From assembly GCA_900617105.1 (NCBI GenBank), contig UYFQ01000001.1, positions 1,860,001 through 1,924,000 of the forward strand: a stretch of 64,000 nucleotides of DNA, given 5' to 3'. Every line of letters begins with the position of its first letter. The first letter of the stretch is position 1. The notes beneath the pieces were generated by a model, which was given only the letters and a program-made list of their open reading frames with translations, was not told the origin of the DNA and did no database searches. This DNA comes from Hydrurus foetidus (lineage: Eukaryota). Positions 8,050 through 18,681 of the stretch are shown in pieces. The translations under genes were made by a program, and so were the position numbers.

Positions 8050-11013
8050 ATGACTAAGCACACTAAATCAACATGCCCCTACTGCGGTGTAGGCTGCGGC
8101 GTAATCATCGAATCCACTGGCAACCAGATCACAGGTGTCGAAGGCGACCCAGATCACCCTGCAAACTTCGGCCGGTTGTGCACCAAGGGCTCCACGTTGG
8201 CGCTTACCGCCAGCACTGCCATTACTCGCCAAACCCGCTTGCTAGAACCCATGCGGCGTGACCACAAACACGGGCCAGCCAAGCCGGTAAGTTGGGAAAA
8301 CGCCCTTGGCTTTGCTGCGGAATCATTCGCGCAAATCATCAGCGAGCACGGCCCCGATGCAGTGGGTTTTTACATCTCGGGCCAGCTGCTGACTGAAGAC
8401 TATTACGTGTTCAATAAACTGGCCAAGGGCTTGATTGGCACCAACAATATCGACACCAACTCGCGCTTGTGCATGAGCAGCGCTGTGGCGGGCTACAAGC
8501 AAACGCTAGGGGCCGATGCACCGCCCAATTGCTATGACGATATTGCTCACGCGCAATGTATTTTCATTGTTGGCAGCAACACCGCGTATGCACACCCGAT
8601 TTTGTTCCGGCGTATTGAAGACGCCAAAGCCGCCAACCCGCAGCTGAAAATTATTTACTGCGACCCGCGCCGCACCGACACAGCTGAAATTGCCGATTTG
8701 TACCTGCCAATTCAGCCCGGTACCGACGTGAGTTTGTTCAACGGCATGCTGCACATCATGCTGTGGGAGGGCTGGACGGACGCCGCCTACATTGCCGCGC
8801 ACACCACAGGTTTTGATCTACTCAAAACCACGGTGCGTGACTACACGCCAGACATCGTGGCCGAAACGTGCGGCATTAAAAAAGAAGATTTGTTTGCCGC
8901 TGCCAAGTTGTTCGCTACATCCCAAGCCACGCTCAGTTTGTATTGCCAAGGCTTGAACCAATCTAGCAGCGGCACCGCTAAAAACGCAGCACTGATCAAT
9001 TTGCACTTGGCCACGCGCCAGATCGGCAAGCCTGGCGCAGGCCCGTTTTCGCTTACCGGCCAGCCCAACGCGATGGGCGGGCGGGAAGTCGGCGGCATGG
9101 CTAACTTGCTCAGCGGTCACCGCGATTTGGGCAACGCAGAACACCGCGCTGAAGTAGCCAAGTTATGGGGCGTAGCCGATGTGCCCAGCAAGCCGGGTAA
9201 AACCGCGGTTGAGATGTTTCAGGCAGCGGCCGATGGCGAGATCAAAGCACTGTGGATAGCCTGCACCAACCCCGCCCAGTCAATGCCAGACCAAAGCACC
9301 GTACGCCGCGCTCTTGAGCGCGCCGAAATCGTGATTGTGCAAGAAGCGTTCTCAACAGCCGCAACCTGCGACTACGCTGACCTGCTGCTTCCAGCCACCA
9401 CTTGGGGCGAAAAAATGGGCACGGTGACCAACAGCGAGCGCCGCATCAGCCGGGTGCGGGCAGCCGTCAGCGCGCCGGGGCAAACGCGCCATGACTGGTC
9501 GATTGCGGTTGATTTTGCGCAGCGCCTGGAAGTCTTGCTCCCTCCCCTTGCGGGGGAGAAAGCTCGAACTTCCCTCCCCTTCCGGGGGAATGCTAAGGTG
9601 GGGGCAAGCGCAGAGACAGAGACAGTGCCAGCACCGAGCGTGCCCCCATCCCAACCTTCCGCCAAACGGGCAAGGAGTTTGTTTCCTTACTCATTGGCAG
9701 ATGAAGCCGAGGGCATAGAAACCATCTGGAACGAGCACCGCGAATCCACCCGCGGCCACGATTTGGACATCACCGGCATGAGCTACGCCATGCTCGACGC
9801 GGCGCCGCAGCAGTGGCCACTGAAAACGGGCGAAAGCACAGGCAAAGCTCGTTTGTATGAAGATGGTATTTTTGCAACTGCAGACGGCAAAGCCAAGTTT
9901 GCCAACACCGTCTACAAGCCCGTCGCTGAACCACGCGAAGCGCGCTATCCGTTTTCGCTCACCACTGGCCGCTTGCGTGACCAGTGGCACGGTATGAGCC
10001 GCACTGGCACGCTGGGCCGGCTGTTTGGGCATGTCGCTGAGCCATCGGTGCAAATGAATGCCAACGACATGGCGCGCAGGCTGCTAAAAGATGGCGACTT
10101 GGTGCACGTCACTTCCAGGCGCGGCTCGATTGTGCTGCCGCTGCAAGCGTCGCCTGAAGTGGCGGTTAGCCAAGCGTTTATCGCCATGCATTGGGGCAGC
10201 GAATATTTAAGCGGCATGTCCAGCATTGGGGAGCCGCTGGCTGGCATCAATGCCATCACCACATCGGCCTACTGCCCCATATCCAAGCAGCCTGAGCTCA
10301 AGCACACCGCCGTGAAAGTACTGAAGGCTGAGCTGCCCTGGACGCTGCTGGGTATGGCGTGGCTGCCCGCTGGGCAGTCGCTTCAGGCACGCGAGCTGCT
10401 CAAACCGCTCATGAAAGCCTTTCCCTTCACCAGCTGCGTGCCGTTTGCGAACAACACCCCGTTGGCTGGCCCTGGCGCTGCGCGTGAAGGTGTGCTTTTC
10501 AGGGCCGCTGCGCACGTCACGCCGCCAGACGAATTACTCATGCAAATTGAAAAAATATTGGGCTTGAACGGCCACGACATTCTGCATTACGCCGACAAAA
10601 AACGCGGCCAGCGCCGCACCGCCAAACTCACACGAATGGGCGATCATGCCGAGCTGACTGGTTTTTTGCTGGCGGGCGACACCAGCGCGGAAGCCTGGAT
10701 TAAAACCGTACTTGAAGGCGAGCTGCCCGCGCAAACTTACGGCCGCTTGCTGCTGTCACCCGGGGCTACCGCGCCGGTGGCTGTCACGGCACGCGGCAAG
10801 CTGGTCTGCAGCTGCCTGAATGTGACAGATGCAGTGATTACCGCGCATCTGGCCACCACCAAAGGAAATGACCCCGAACGCTTGGCGTCGCTACAAGCAG
10901 CCCTCCAATGCGGCATTAATTGCGGCAGTTGTGTGCCCGAACTCAAACGCATGGTGCGCACCGTGCGGCCAGTTATTTCTGTCACTGCCGTGCCTGCTGA
11001 TTTACCCACTTAA
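8050..11013 (+). CDS. nasA: Assimilatory nitrate reductase catalytic subunit (Mo-bisPGD, C-terminal BFD-like 2Fe-2S)
   Basis: TCPYCGVGCG...LCTKG, NSRLCMSSA, TGQPNAMGGRE, TTGRLRDQWH, CGINCGSC. Confidence 0.95.
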   Translation: MTKHTKSTCPYCGVGCGVIIESTGNQITGVEGDPDHPANFGRLCTKGSTLALTASTAITRQTRLLEPMRRDHKHGPAKPVSWENALGFAAESFAQIISEHGPDAVGFYISGQLLTEDYYVFNKLAKGLIGTNNIDTNSRLCMSSAVAGYKQTLGADAPPNCYDDIAHAQCIFIVGSNTAYAHPILFRRIEDAKAANPQLKIIYCDPRRTDTAEIADLYLPIQPGTDVSLFNGMLHIMLWEGWTDAAYIAAHTTGFDLLKTTVRDYTPDIVAETCGIKKEDLFAAAKLFATSQATLSLYCQGLNQSSSGTAKNAALINLHLATRQIGKPGAGPFSLTGQPNAMGGREVGGMANLLSGHRDLGNAEHRAEVAKLWGVADVPSKPGKTAVEMFQAAADGEIKALWIACTNPAQSMPDQSTVRRALERAEIVIVQEAFSTAATCDYADLLLPATTWGEKMGTVTNSERRISRVRAAVSAPGQTRHDWSIAVDFAQRLEVLLPPLAGEKARTSLPFRGNAKVGASAETETVPAPSVPPSQPSAKRARSLFPYSLADEAEGIETIWNEHRESTRGHDLDITGMSYAMLDAAPQQWPLKTGESTGKARLYEDGIFATADGKAKFANTVYKPVAEPREARYPFSLTTGRLRDQWHGMSRTGTLGRLFGHVAEPSVQMNANDMARRLLKDGDLVHVTSRRGSIVLPLQASPEVAVSQAFIAMHWGSEYLSGMSSIGEPLAGINAITTSAYCPISKQPELKHTAVKVLKAELPWTLLGMAWLPAGQSLQARELLKPLMKAFPFTSCVPFANNTPLAGPGAAREGVLFRAAAHVTPPDELLMQIEKILGLNGHDILHYADKKRGQRRTAKLTRMGDHAELTGFLLAGDTSAEAWIKTVLEGELPAQTYGRLLLSPGATAPVAVTARGKLVCSCLNVTDAVITAHLATTKGNDPERLASLQAALQCGINCGSCVPELKRMVRTVRPVISVTAVPADLPT

Positions 11014-11180
11014 ACCGCGGGGTGCTAGCGAACACCCCCGCACTGAAATCGGTGAGTTTTGGTAAGCTACTGACAGTCGGGTAACCGCCAAATTTTCAAC
11101 TGTATCGCTCAATTGCATTGATCAGCTGCATCGTTCAATTCCGTCGGCACCAACGCGATCATCCAACCTGAAGTGCCCCT

Positions 11181-12722
11181 GTGAAAAACACCCGAACCTT
11201 CCTTCGTGCTGCTCTATGCTTTGTCTGCGCTGCTTTCGTCGGCGCGTGGGCCCAGACGGCGCAATCCCAAAGCGCGCCGCCGCTGCAAAGCTCAAGTCAA
11301 ATCGAAAGCGCCGTGGTTCGCATCTTCAGCACATCGCGCCAGCCTGACCTGTACCGTCCCTGGAATAAAGCCGCGCCCACCGAGTCAACCGGCTCGGGCG
11401 TGGTGATTGAAGGCAATCGCATTTTGACCAACGCTCACGTAGTCAACTACGCCAGCAAAGTAGAAGTACGTGCGAAGGAAGGCGGCGACCGCATGGCTGC
11501 CCGCGTAGTAGCCATTGCGCGCGGCATCGATTTGGCGGTGCTGGAGCTGGAAGACCCGAGCTTTTTCGCCAAGCGCACGCCGCCAGCTCGCGCCAAGGCG
11601 TTGCCCGAAGTCAGAGATGCGGTGCTCGCTTACGGCTACCCACTGGGCGGCAGCTCACTGTCAATTACCAAAGGAATCGTCTCGCGCATTGAATACGTGC
11701 CCTACAACTTTCCCACCACTGGGCTACGCATTCAGATTGATGCCGCCATTAACCCCGGCAACAGCGGTGGGCCGGTTTTTGCAGACAACAAAATGATCGG
11801 CGTGGCTTTTTCGGTAGCCAACAGCACCCAGAACATTGGCTACATCATTCCCAATGAAGAGGTGGAATTGTTTTTAGCTGACATTGCCGACGGCAAATAC
11901 GATGGCAAACCGATTTTGTTCGACAGCCTGCAAACGCTCGAAAACCCGTCGCTGCGCAGCTACTTAAAGTTAGGCAATGCGGTTCGCGGCATGGTCGTGC
12001 AGCGCCCTGCTTCGCTTGAAGCCAGCTACCCACTTAAAGAATGGGACGTCATCACACACATTGGCGATGTCGCTGTCGACAACCAAGGCCTGGTGCAACT
12101 CACTAACGATGTGAATGTTCAGTTCCAGTACCACGTTCAAAAAGTCGTGAAAAGCGGCAAAGTGCCGCTAACCGTGATTCGCGCTGGCAAAACGCTGAAA
12201 ATTGACGTGCCCGTTACCGCCAGCAGGCCGCGCCTGGTTAACGCACTTGACGGGGCTTACCCGTCGTATTTCGTCTACGGGCCGATTGTGTTTTCAAGGG
12301 CAACCTGGGAGTTCAGGGGCTTCATGAGCGCCAACGCGGGCACACTCAACAGCTACGCCTTTAACGCCCAGCCGCTGGTTACCCGCATGGCCGACGAAAA
12401 AGACAGCACCCGCCAAGACCTTGTGGTGGTCAGTGCCCCGTTTTTTCCGCACCGGCTGACGTCGGGCTACGACAATCGGTTTGGTTCGGTGGTGTATTCC
12501 ATCAACGACACGCCGGTGCGCAGCCTTGAGCACATGGTGGAGCTTCTCAGAGACATGAAAGATGAGTTGGTGGTGATCAGGTTTGATCAACGCGCTGGCG
12601 AATCTATCGTGCTGCCGCATAAAAAGGTGCTGGCAGCCACCGAAGAAATATTGACCGACAACGGCATTCGGTTCGAGGCATCAAGCGATCTGCTGGAGCT
12701 GTGGACGCAAAAGGCCAAGTAA
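11181..12722 (+). CDS. Secreted trypsin-like serine protease with PDZ domains (HtrA/Deg2-like)
   Basis: Signal peptide; catalytic triad motifs TNAHVV, DLAVL, AAINPGNSGGP. Confidence 0.9.
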   Translation: MKNTRTFLRAALCFVCAAFVGAWAQTAQSQSAPPLQSSSQIESAVVRIFSTSRQPDLYRPWNKAAPTESTGSGVVIEGNRILTNAHVVNYASKVEVRAKEGGDRMAARVVAIARGIDLAVLELEDPSFFAKRTPPARAKALPEVRDAVLAYGYPLGGSSLSITKGIVSRIEYVPYNFPTTGLRIQIDAAINPGNSGGPVFADNKMIGVAFSVANSTQNIGYIIPNEEVELFLADIADGKYDGKPILFDSLQTLENPSLRSYLKLGNAVRGMVVQRPASLEASYPLKEWDVITHIGDVAVDNQGLVQLTNDVNVQFQYHVQKVVKSGKVPLTVIRAGKTLKIDVPVTASRPRLVNALDGAYPSYFVYGPIVFSRATWEFRGFMSANAGTLNSYAFNAQPLVTRMADEKDSTRQDLVVVSAPFFPHRLTSGYDNRFGSVVYSINDTPVRSLEHMVELLRDMKDELVVIRFDQRAGESIVLPHKKVLAATEEILTDNGIRFEASSDLLELWTQKAK

Positions 12723-12794
12723 ATCGCCGCTGACCGCTCAAAGCAGCCTGGTTAATCCAGCTTCGGGTCATACAAGCTGGGCGACAATCCCACC

Positions 12795-13712
12795 ATGCCG
12801 ATCGCACACTACATCAAAGAAATCGGTCGCGGCAAAGACGGTGCGCGGCCCTTAACGCGCGAGCAAGCCGCTGACTTGCTGGGCCAAGTGCTAGACGGCA
12901 CCGTGACTGACCTCGAAATTGGCGCTTTTTGCCTGGCCATGCGCATCAAAGGCGAAACGCCTGACGAGATGGCCGGCTTTTTAGACGCGGTGCGTAGCCG
13001 CATGAATTTAATTCCCAACGGCGGGGCACCGGTTGTGGTGCTGCCCAGCTACAACGGCGCGCGCAAGTTGCCTCTGCTTACGCCGCTTTTAGGCCTGCTG
13101 CTGGCGCGTGAGGGTGCCGCAGTGCTGATTCACGGTACGCCGACTGAAAATAGCCGTGTTTTTGTATCAGAAGTGCTTCTAGCCCTCAATATACGGGCGC
13201 AAGCAGCTCCTAACTTAATAGCGTCAGGTGAAGTCGCTTTTACGCCGACAGAAGTCCTGTGCCCCGCCCTCAAGCGCCTGCTAGACGTGCGCCGGGTCGT
13301 CGGCCTGCGCAACCCCGCGCACAGTCTGGTCAAACTCATGAACCCGATGAAAACGGACAATGGGGGCAAAGCGCTGGTCGTCAGCAGCTACACCCACCCC
13401 GAATACGCGGTGTCGATGGCGCAAACTTTTGAGCTGACGCATACCAACGCCCTGTTACTGCGCGGCACTGAGGGCGAGGTGGTGGCCGACGCGCGCCGAA
13501 TGCCCCAAATGGAAGCCTTCATCAACGGCCAGCGGCACTTGCTGCAAGAAGCGCAAGCAGGCACGCTCAGCACCCTGCCCGACTTGCCCAAAACAACCGA
13601 TGCCGAAACTACGGCGGTGTATATAAAATCAGTGTTGGCGGGCAAGCAACCAGTTCCCGCTTCCATTAGCGCGCAGGTGGAACACATCTTGCGTCTTCTC
13701 AAACAGTTATGA
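12795..13712 (+). CDS. ybiB: YbiB (TrpD2, anthranilate phosphoribosyltransferase-like DNA-binding protein)
   Basis: IKEIGRGKDGAR, PSYNGARK, YTHPEY, LRGTEGE. Confidence 0.9.
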   Translation: MPIAHYIKEIGRGKDGARPLTREQAADLLGQVLDGTVTDLEIGAFCLAMRIKGETPDEMAGFLDAVRSRMNLIPNGGAPVVVLPSYNGARKLPLLTPLLGLLLAREGAAVLIHGTPTENSRVFVSEVLLALNIRAQAAPNLIASGEVAFTPTEVLCPALKRLLDVRRVVGLRNPAHSLVKLMNPMKTDNGGKALVVSSYTHPEYAVSMAQTFELTHTNALLLRGTEGEVVADARRMPQMEAFINGQRHLLQEAQAGTLSTLPDLPKTTDAETTAVYIKSVLAGKQPVPASISAQVEHILRLLKQL

Positions 13713-14491
13713 ACAGCACTCATTTTTCAGGCAAATGCACCCTTGTCGGCGCAGGCCCAGGCGACCCGGAGCTGTTGACCCTCAAGGCGCTCAAAGCTAT
13801 CCAGGCCGCAACCGTGCTGTTTGTTGACGACCTGGTCAACCCCGATATCGTCGCTTTTGCCAATGCCAACGCTCGAATCGTTTATGTCGGCAAGCGCGGC
13901 GGCTGCAAGTCCACACCGCAAGCCTTTATTGAAAAACTGATGGTCATGGCCGTCAAAGAAGGCGACAACGTGGTGCGCCTCAAAGGTGGTGACCCGTTTA
14001 TTTTTGGGCGCGGTGGCGAAGAAATTGAAGCCTTGACCGCTGCAGGTATTGAAGTCACGGTGGTCAACGGTATTACGTCTGGCCTGGCGGCCCTCACATC
14101 ACTGAATGTGCCGCTGACGCACCGCGACCACGCGCACGGCGTAGTGTTTGTCACAGGCCACGCCAAACCTGGTGACGACGGCACCGACTGGGCTCTGCTG
14201 GCTTCTACCGCGGCAAAAGCCAAACTGACACTGGTGATCTACATGGGCGTGGCCGGCTCGCAGCGCATTCAAGACGAGCTTTTAGCTGGCCTTGCCGCCA
14301 GCACGCCGGCTGCCATTATTCAAAACGTCAGCTTGCCCACGCAGCGCCACGCTGTTGCTACCTTAGGCAGCCTTCGCGCCACCATTGAGCGTGAGCAGCT
14401 GGCCAGCCCCAGCGTGATTGTGGTGGGCGATGTGCTGGGCGGCCTGGCCGCAGTGGCCAGCGCCGCTGCACCGTCGCAAAGGCAAGCCTGA
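13709..14491 (+). CDS. cobA: Uroporphyrinogen-III C-methyltransferase (siroheme synthesis)
   Basis: VGAGPGDPELLT, RLKGGDPFIFGRGGEE. Confidence 0.93.
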   Translation: MNSTHFSGKCTLVGAGPGDPELLTLKALKAIQAATVLFVDDLVNPDIVAFANANARIVYVGKRGGCKSTPQAFIEKLMVMAVKEGDNVVRLKGGDPFIFGRGGEEIEALTAAGIEVTVVNGITSGLAALTSLNVPLTHRDHAHGVVFVTGHAKPGDDGTDWALLASTAAKAKLTLVIYMGVAGSQRIQDELLAGLAASTPAAIIQNVSLPTQRHAVATLGSLRATIEREQLASPSVIVVGDVLGGLAAVASAAAPSQRQA

Positions 14492-14496
14492 AAAAC

Positions 14497-14778
14497 TTAC
14501 CTCTGGGGAATTCGGTGCCGCGCGATATGCGGGCCGCCGTCGTTCATCTCTTGTGGCCGCAAAGCCGCATGCTTGGTCACCCGCCCCGCCATGCGTTTGC
14601 GCCACATGCGAAATGACGACGCTTTCATTTCACTGCGCATCAGGGCCACCACGGCCGATTCATTAAGTCCAAACTGAGTTTCAATCGCCTCAAAAGTGGT
14701 GCGGTCTTCCCACGCCATTTCAATGATGCGGGAAATGTCAGCCGGGGTAAGCGCAGTCGTTGAGTCGCGTGAATTCAT
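14497..14778 (-). CDS. TIGR03643/DUF2805 family protein
   Basis: RIIEMAWEDRTTFEAI...SFRMWRKR. Confidence 0.85.
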   Translation of the reverse strand: MNSRDSTTALTPADISRIIEMAWEDRTTFEAIETQFGLNESAVVALMRSEMKASSFRMWRKRMAGRVTKHAALRPQEMNDGGPHIARHRIPQR

Positions 14779-14803
14779 GACATAAAGCGTACCTCAATTC
14801 ATT

Positions 14804-14843
14804 AAAAAAAACCCGCCAGCGGCCAAAAGGCGCGACTGGCGGG
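14804..14843 (-). terminator. Rho-independent terminator of the TRAP operon
   Basis: CCCGCCAG...CTGGCGGG stem followed by a T run on the minus strand. Confidence 0.7.
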
Positions 14844-14883
14844 AAAACACCCTCCAAATGAAATCGGCGTTGAAATCAGCGCA

Positions 14884-16584
14884 TCACTTCGCCGGCGCCG
14901 CAGGCTTGCCAAAAGTGGGCGGCGCTTCTTCGGTTTCTTCAATCGGCGTGATGTTCATGTTCACGCCCTTGACGTCAAGCACCTTGACCTCGCCCAAGCC
15001 GTAAGTCACGATCTCGGGCTTGTACAAAATAGCCGCCACCATAATGAGCTGCAGCGCCACAAAAGCAACGGCGCCTTTGTAAATGTCACCGGTTTTGAGC
15101 GCGGGGATTTTCACATTCGTGATGCGGTCAACATAGTCGGCTTTAGGTGCCACGCTGCGCAAATAGAACAGTGCAAAACCGAAAGGCGGCGTTAAAAACG
15201 AAGTTTGCAAATTCATGGCAACCATCACGCCAAACCAGATCAAATTGATATCCATTTCTTTGAGCACTGGCAGCAGCAGCGGCAGCAAGATAAAGGCGAT
15301 TTCAAAGAAGTCCAAAAAGCAGCCAAGCAAAAAGATCAGCGCATTCACAAACAACAAAAAGCCCATTTGCCCACCGGGCAAGGCGGCAAACAGCGCCTTG
15401 ACCCAGGCCGGGCCGTCAATGGCCTGAAAAGTCAGCGCAAAGATGGTCGAGCCAATCAACACAAACAGCACAAACACCGACAGCCGCGCTGACGAATCAA
15501 CGGCTTGCGCCAGCAGCTTGAACGGCAAGCGCTTTCTCAGCATGGCCATCAGCATGGCCCCCGCAGCGCCCATTGCGCCACCTTCGGTAGGAGTAGCAAT
15601 GCCCAAGAAAATAGTGCCCAACACCAAAAACACCAGTAGCAACGGCGGGATGAGCACAAACGTGACTTGCTGAGCAAGGCGCGACAGCAAACCTGTTTTA
15701 GCCAGCTTGTCGATCACTGCCAAAGCCCAAGCAAACAAAATGCCAACCATCAGCGTCATGACGACTTTTTCGTCAGTCGGCGATTTAAAGCCAGCCTCGC
15801 CGCCCAGCATCGGTTTAAGTCTGTCGTAGTGCATGAACACCTGCGAGCCGACAAACACGCTAAGCGCCGTTAAAAATCCCAGCGAACGATGGCCTGTGTT
15901 GCCATTGCTTTCGTGAAAGGTCAGCGCTTCAGGCGGAAGGGCCGGCACCCATTTAGGTTTAAACACAGCCAGAGCCAACATCGCAACGATGTAAATGGCG
16001 ACCAGCGCAAAAGCCGGAATAAACGACGCCTTGTACATGTCGCCCACGCTTTGGCCAAGCTGGTCAGCAATCACGATCAGCACAATCGACGGCGGAATAA
16101 TTTGCGCCAGCGTGCCCGACGCCATGATGACGCCCGAAGCCAGCGGCCGGTTGTAGCCGTAGCGCATCATGATGGGTAGCGAAATCAAGCCCATCGAAAT
16201 CACGCTGGCCGCCACCACGCCGGTGGTGGCCGCCAGCATGGCGCCCACCAGCACCACCGCAATGGCCAGGCCCGCGCGCATTTTGCCAAACACCTGGCCG
16301 ATGGTTTCCAGCAAGTCCTCGGCCATGCGGCTGCGCTCCAGTATCAAACCCATCAGCGTAAAAAACGGAATCGCCAGCAACACGTCATTGGCCATGATGC
16401 CGTACAGCCGCAGCGGCAGCGCGTTGAAAAACACCGCCGGTACCAGCCCCAGCTCAACGCCAATCCAGCCAAACACCATGCCGGCGCTGGCCAGTGCAAA
16501 CGCCACGGGGAAGCCAGTCAGTAAAAACAGCAGCAGCGAGCCAAACATGATCGGCGCTATGTAGGCAATTAAAAAAGCGGTCAT
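14884..16584 (-). CDS. TRAP transporter large permease (DctM)
   Basis: Polytopic; GTLAQIIPPS, ATPTEGGAMGA, LTPPFGFALFY. Confidence 0.93.
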   Translation of the reverse strand: MTAFLIAYIAPIMFGSLLLFLLTGFPVAFALASAGMVFGWIGVELGLVPAVFFNALPLRLYGIMANDVLLAIPFFTLMGLILERSRMAEDLLETIGQVFGKMRAGLAIAVVLVGAMLAATTGVVAASVISMGLISLPIMMRYGYNRPLASGVIMASGTLAQIIPPSIVLIVIADQLGQSVGDMYKASFIPAFALVAIYIVAMLALAVFKPKWVPALPPEALTFHESNGNTGHRSLGFLTALSVFVGSQVFMHYDRLKPMLGGEAGFKSPTDEKVVMTLMVGILFAWALAVIDKLAKTGLLSRLAQQVTFVLIPPLLLVFLVLGTIFLGIATPTEGGAMGAAGAMLMAMLRKRLPFKLLAQAVDSSARLSVFVLFVLIGSTIFALTFQAIDGPAWVKALFAALPGGQMGFLLFVNALIFLLGCFLDFFEIAFILLPLLLPVLKEMDINLIWFGVMVAMNLQTSFLTPPFGFALFYLRSVAPKADYVDRITNVKIPALKTGDIYKGAVAFVALQLIMVAAILYKPEIVTYGLGEVKVLDVKGVNMNITPIEETEEAPPTFGKPAAPAK

Positions 16585-17204
16585 GCTGCGGCTCCCTTGC
16601 GTGCGGCAGCATCAACAGCGGCTTTTGCGTCTTCTTCCAGGCGGAGCTCTTCCAGCAGTATTTCTTCGTCGGTTTTTTCAGGTTTAGCCAGCGGGTCGGG
16701 CCCGTGCCCGGTTAAAAACGCAATCCGCTTGATCAGCTCTGACAGGCTTTGCACAGCCAGCATGAAAAAACCCATCGGCACCAGCGCGTAAACCGGCCAG
16801 CGCAGCAGCCCGCCAGGGTTGGCCGACACTTCTCTGGTCATGATGGCCAGCTGCAACGACGGCAGTGATGTCCACACCACAAAGGCACACAGCGGCAACA
16901 AAAACAAAACAATGCCGACGACATCAATCCAAACCTGCGTGCTGCGTTTAAGGCGGTTAGACACCACGTCAATACGCACATGCTGGTCATGCAAAAACAC
17001 ATACCCAGCGCCCAGCATAAAAACTGCGCCAAACAAATACCACTGCGCTTCTAAAAACGCGTTGGAGCTGATGTCAAAGGTCTTGCGAATCAGGGCGTTG
17101 CCGGCGCTGATAAGCACGGCGGCCAGCAGCAGCCAGCCGATGGACTTGCCAATTTTTTCAGTGACCCAGTCGACACGGCGACTGAAGGCGAGGAGGATGT
17201 TCAT
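16581..17204 (-). CDS. TRAP transporter small permease (DctQ)
   Basis: SNAFLEAQWYLF, HVRIDV, four TM segments. Confidence 0.9.
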   Translation of the reverse strand: MNILLAFSRRVDWVTEKIGKSIGWLLLAAVLISAGNALIRKTFDISSNAFLEAQWYLFGAVFMLGAGYVFLHDQHVRIDVVSNRLKRSTQVWIDVVGIVLFLLPLCAFVVWTSLPSLQLAIMTREVSANPGGLLRWPVYALVPMGFFMLAVQSLSELIKRIAFLTGHGPDPLAKPEKTDEEILLEELRLEEDAKAAVDAAARKGAAA

Positions 17205-17357
17205 GAGAGCTTCTTTATGGGCGAGCTTTTTAAAAGCAGACGTTTTATCGGATTTTTTGATGCCGTTCGGCACGTAAGTCAAGAGTCAGAATTGGCCGCG
17301 TTTAAAGCACAACCCCCGCATGAAGCGGGGGCTGTGAGGCCAGCGGTAGCAGTTAAA

Positions 17358-18488
17358 TCAACGCAGCGCCGACGCCATGAAGTCGTCAAACGTGTTTTCA
17401 GTAAAGCGCATCCAGCTGACGGTTTCTTTCTGAAACGCGCTATAGCTGTCGTAGATTTTTTTAAAGTTGGCGTTGGTGCTGCCAATTTCCTGGTACATCG
17501 GCACGGCCAGCTTGTACATGGCGTCCATCACGGGGCGCGGGAAGGGCTTGACTTCAGTGCCGCCCGCAATCAAACGGCGCAGTGCTGGTGCGTTGCGTGC
17601 GTCGTACTTGGCCATCATGCCGGCGTTGGCTTCTTTGGCGGCCGCGTTGAATATGGCGCGGTACTCGGGCGGCAGCGCAGCGAAAGCCTTTTCGTTGACG
17701 ATCCAGCCCAGTGCCGCGCCACCTTCCCAAAAACCCGGGTAGTGGTAGAACTTGGCGACTTTGTTAAAGCCCAGCTTTTCGTCGTCGTACGGGCCCACCC
17801 ACTCGGCAGCGTCAATCGTGCCGCGCTCCAGCGCGGGGTAAATATCGCCCCCCGGGATTTGCTGCGGCACCGCGCCTGCGGCTGAAAATAAACGTCCGCC
17901 CAGGCCCGGAATGCGAATTTTCAGGCCCTTCACATCTTCCATGGTTTTGATTTCTTTGCGAAACCACCCGCCCATTTGCGCGCCGGTGTTACCCGACAGC
18001 ACGTAACGCACGCCCTGCGGCTTGAGCCAGTCATTGAAAATTCTTTCGCCGCCACCTTCCAGCCACCAGGCGTTCATCTGGCGAAAGTTCATGCCAAACG
18101 GAATGCACGAGCCAAACGCCCAGGTGGGGTCTTTGCCCACGTAGTAAAAAGCGGCAGTGTGGGAGCACTCCACCGTACCCGCAGCAACCGCATCCGCAGC
18201 TTGCGGCATCGGCACGATCTCGCCAGCAGGCGCCACGGTAATCTGAAATTTGCCGCCGGTGGCATCGCTGATGCGCTTTGCGGCGTCTTCTGCTGCGCCG
18301 AAAATGGTGTCCAGTGCTTTCGGGAAACCAGACGAGCAGCGCCAGCGCACCGTTGGGCCGCCTTGCGCGCTCACAATACCGGGGGCTGCCAACAGCGCAC
18401 CGCCCAAGCCCGCGCCCAGCCCGGCTTTGGTAAGAAATGAGCGGCGCTCAAGTTTGGGCGCTGCCGCACCAAGTTTTTCAGATTGCAT
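17358..18488 (-). CDS. TRAP solute-binding protein (TakP-like, Tat signal)
   Basis: RRSFL Tat motif; GNTGAQMGGWF, EWVGPYDDEKLGF. Confidence 0.92.
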   Translation of the reverse strand: MQSEKLGAAAPKLERRSFLTKAGLGAGLGGALLAAPGIVSAQGGPTVRWRCSSGFPKALDTIFGAAEDAAKRISDATGGKFQITVAPAGEIVPMPQAADAVAAGTVECSHTAAFYYVGKDPTWAFGSCIPFGMNFRQMNAWWLEGGGERIFNDWLKPQGVRYVLSGNTGAQMGGWFRKEIKTMEDVKGLKIRIPGLGGRLFSAAGAVPQQIPGGDIYPALERGTIDAAEWVGPYDDEKLGFNKVAKFYHYPGFWEGGAALGWIVNEKAFAALPPEYRAIFNAAAKEANAGMMAKYDARNAPALRRLIAGGTEVKPFPRPVMDAMYKLAVPMYQEIGSTNANFKKIYDSYSAFQKETVSWMRFTENTFDDFMASALR

Positions 18489-18681
18489 GTTTGTCTCCGT
18501 TTGAATTTAATTTGAGGGTTTGAGGCATCGTGATCAGATTTCTCAAAGCGGATAGTAGGTACAAGCAGAAACAATAAAAACTCGAATTAAGATGCATCTG
18601 AACTCCATTTTTTGGAGGTATTCCGTAGCCACGTCAAAACTAATGGAAAACCAGAGTGGAAAACCACACTCGGCAATTTGC

